A stretch of 64,000 nucleotides of DNA from Octopus vulgaris (taxonomy: Eukaryota). How positions within the stretch are numbered: position 1 is the first letter of the stretch; each line of letters begins with the position of its first letter. The translations under genes were made by a program, and so were the position numbers. Shown piece by piece: positions 62,088 through 64,000 of the stretch. The notes below the pieces were generated by a model. It made no database searches. It was given only the letters and a program-made list of their open reading frames with translations, and was not told the origin of the DNA. Location: assembly GCA_951406725.2 (NCBI GenBank), contig OX597817.1, positions 24,552,001-24,616,000 of the forward strand, read 5' to 3'.

Positions 62088-63644
62088 TTTATATATATAT
62101 ATAAAACTGAGAATATGTGTCTGTCTGTCTGTCTGTGTGTTTTCCTGAAACTTGAGAACTACACAACCAATTTCATTCAAGTTTTACACATGCCTTACTT
62201 AGGGTCCATGTAGTTTCATGGGCAAAAAAATGTTCAACTTCTTGCCCATAGCAATATCATATCCTCTCCACTATTTTGGTATTATGTGTTAAAAGTGAAA
62301 CAAAAACATTTCTCTATTTTATGTCAGATATTTTCACTTTAACAATAAAAATTAGAGATAATAATAACAATTATATGTAGTAAGTAATAATTAAAATCAA
62401 CCTAAAGTATAATATAATCATAACATAACAAAAGTAAAAATAGCAATTGGTATAAAATTGCATCGATGACTTGAACTTGAATAAGTGGTTTCACATGAAT
62501 GGGAATAAATTAAAAATAAAATTAGTGTGCAGAAATGGAATAGTCCAGATGGAGCTGTGCACATACCGTTTACCACGGCTTTTACATTAGATTATCTGCT
62601 AATTAGCTAGCATTAAGTATCTATATGAAGTTTGGCTGTATGTAATGTCTGTTTTCTCGAACAGCCGCTTCTACTGAGTACTGTTGTTGGTTTATTTCTT
62701 ATACATAAAGGTCTATAGCTTCAACTGCGTACTGCTTTTTGATTCACCGTAAGGTTTGTTGTTGTTATTATTATTGTTTAACTATTGTTATCACGTTTGT
62801 TGGTTCCTCGTAAGGGAAATGTTGTGTTGCATTTGTTAAATAATTGTAATCTGTAACCCTCCCCCTTTGGGAGAAGGAGCTTTGGTTATTGTTTAAAAAT
62901 TGAATTGTGTCCCTGTTTGGGGAAATTGACAATATTTTCACCGTTTATATGGAAGCATATTGTTAGAATGCCTTCGATAGAAGAAAGTCCAAAAATGAAT
63001 TTTGCTACAGTCATTGGCGGGCGTGAACGCATTAAAATTAAAATGGAAGAAATACAAACCTATTTCGGATTGATCACCGACAAAGATGGTGAATCTAGGA
63101 TAACACCACCAAACGAAATAAAAACTTAAATTAAAGAAAAGACTATTGTCTATAAAGTATATAATGTAGAGAAAAAAAGATTTGAACACCTGAAGGAAAG
63201 CACCATCGAAAAGTGTCTTGGTGCGACTATGAAAGATATCTAACCAGAGGCAATAAATTCGCCACAATAGAAGCAAGGTTCAAGTCAACAGAGCATGCAA
63301 GGGAGTACTCGACTCGAACCTTGCAAAGTGGAAATATTTTATTTTTACCTTTATATCTGGGACGTAGGATGTCCCAGATAAAAATTTAAAATGTCCCCCC
63401 AGAAGTAGAGGTAGGCTGGATTGTAGCCATACAATTGATCGAAATTGCAAGAAACGGGCCTACAATTCCAGTCTGTTATATATTTTGAGTATTGTTATCA
63501 CTAGCGATATCAAGATATAACTTTGTATTTTGTATTTTATGTGTAGATGTATATATATAGATGTACATGTAATATGTACACATATATATACACATATATA
63601 CATGCACTAGCACTATGGCCCGGCAACGACGGGTCATAATGCTA

Positions 63645-63645
<1 letters not shown>
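62088..63645 (+). mobile_element. probable non-autonomous Helitron (pairing of the two ends is uncertain)
   Basis: 5' A|TTTATATATA...AAAAC...(GTCT)n start resembles Helitron 5' ends with TC mutated to TT; 3' GC-rich hairpin 63614-63638 then CTAG|T. Confidence 0.5.
62968..63432 (+). pseudogene. element E3: decayed, 3'-truncated homolog of the E1 gag/ORF1-like gene
   Basis: 63234-63419 aligns without gaps to E1 (from 13736) at 18/62 identities; two stops and one frameshift; N-terminal MNFATVIGG. Confidence 0.75.
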
Positions 63646-63691
<46 letters not shown>

Positions 63692-63784
63692 GATAACACA
63701 AGATAATTACTTCCATAAACAATAATCCAACTTGCTTTCATCAATAGAATTGATATGGAAGAATCACCAGAGGCACTTAATTAT

Positions 63785-64000
63785 TACTCTTTTATTCTTT
63801 TACTTGTTTCTGTCATTTGACTACGGCCATGCTGGAGTACTGCCTTTAGTTGAGCAAGTTGACCCCAGGACTTTTTCTTTGTAAGCCTAGTACTTATTCT
63901 ATTGGTCTCTTTTGCAGAACTGCTAAGTTACAGGGACATAGACACACCAACATCAGTTGTCAAGTGATATTGGGGGAAGGACACCCCCCCCCCACACACA
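63785..64000 (-). mobile_element. SINE family A 3' half (cut by window edge)
   Basis: TTTTACTTGTTTC...GGCCATGCTGGAG... Confidence 0.85.

Noticed and set aside
63354-63380. 10-bp perfect hairpin TATCTGGGAC/GTCCCAGATA inside E3
   Set aside because: Single occurrence, not seen at the homologous position in E1; chance cannot be excluded.

Overview
This is AT-rich eukaryotic DNA made almost entirely of repeats, with no recognisable intact host gene. The SINE families and dense (TA)n/(CA)n tracts suggest an octopus or other coleoid genome (inference from recognition, not a database search). Main contents: many copies of four SINE-like families, a decayed near-full-length RTE-clade LINE (36524-40326, minus) with an inverted duplication at its 3' end, CR1-like, RTE-like and mariner fragments, piggyBac- and Tc1/mariner-type MITEs, Penelope-like fragments, a probable solo LTR, a probable Helitron, and a 14.2-kb satellite whose unit drifts from 86 to 85 to 84 bp. 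The most interesting region is 13059-16018. Two related non-autonomous elements sit in tandem at the same position of a tRNA-derived SINE head, separated by three copies of a 14-bp target sequence. One encodes only a gag/ORF1-like CCHC protein and the other is non-coding. Both end in a covarying stem-loop preceded by a 9-10-nt motif that is the exact reverse complement of the target. A divergent homolog of the same ORF1 lies at about 62968-63432. All coordinates and alignments were read by eye and element edges are approximate.
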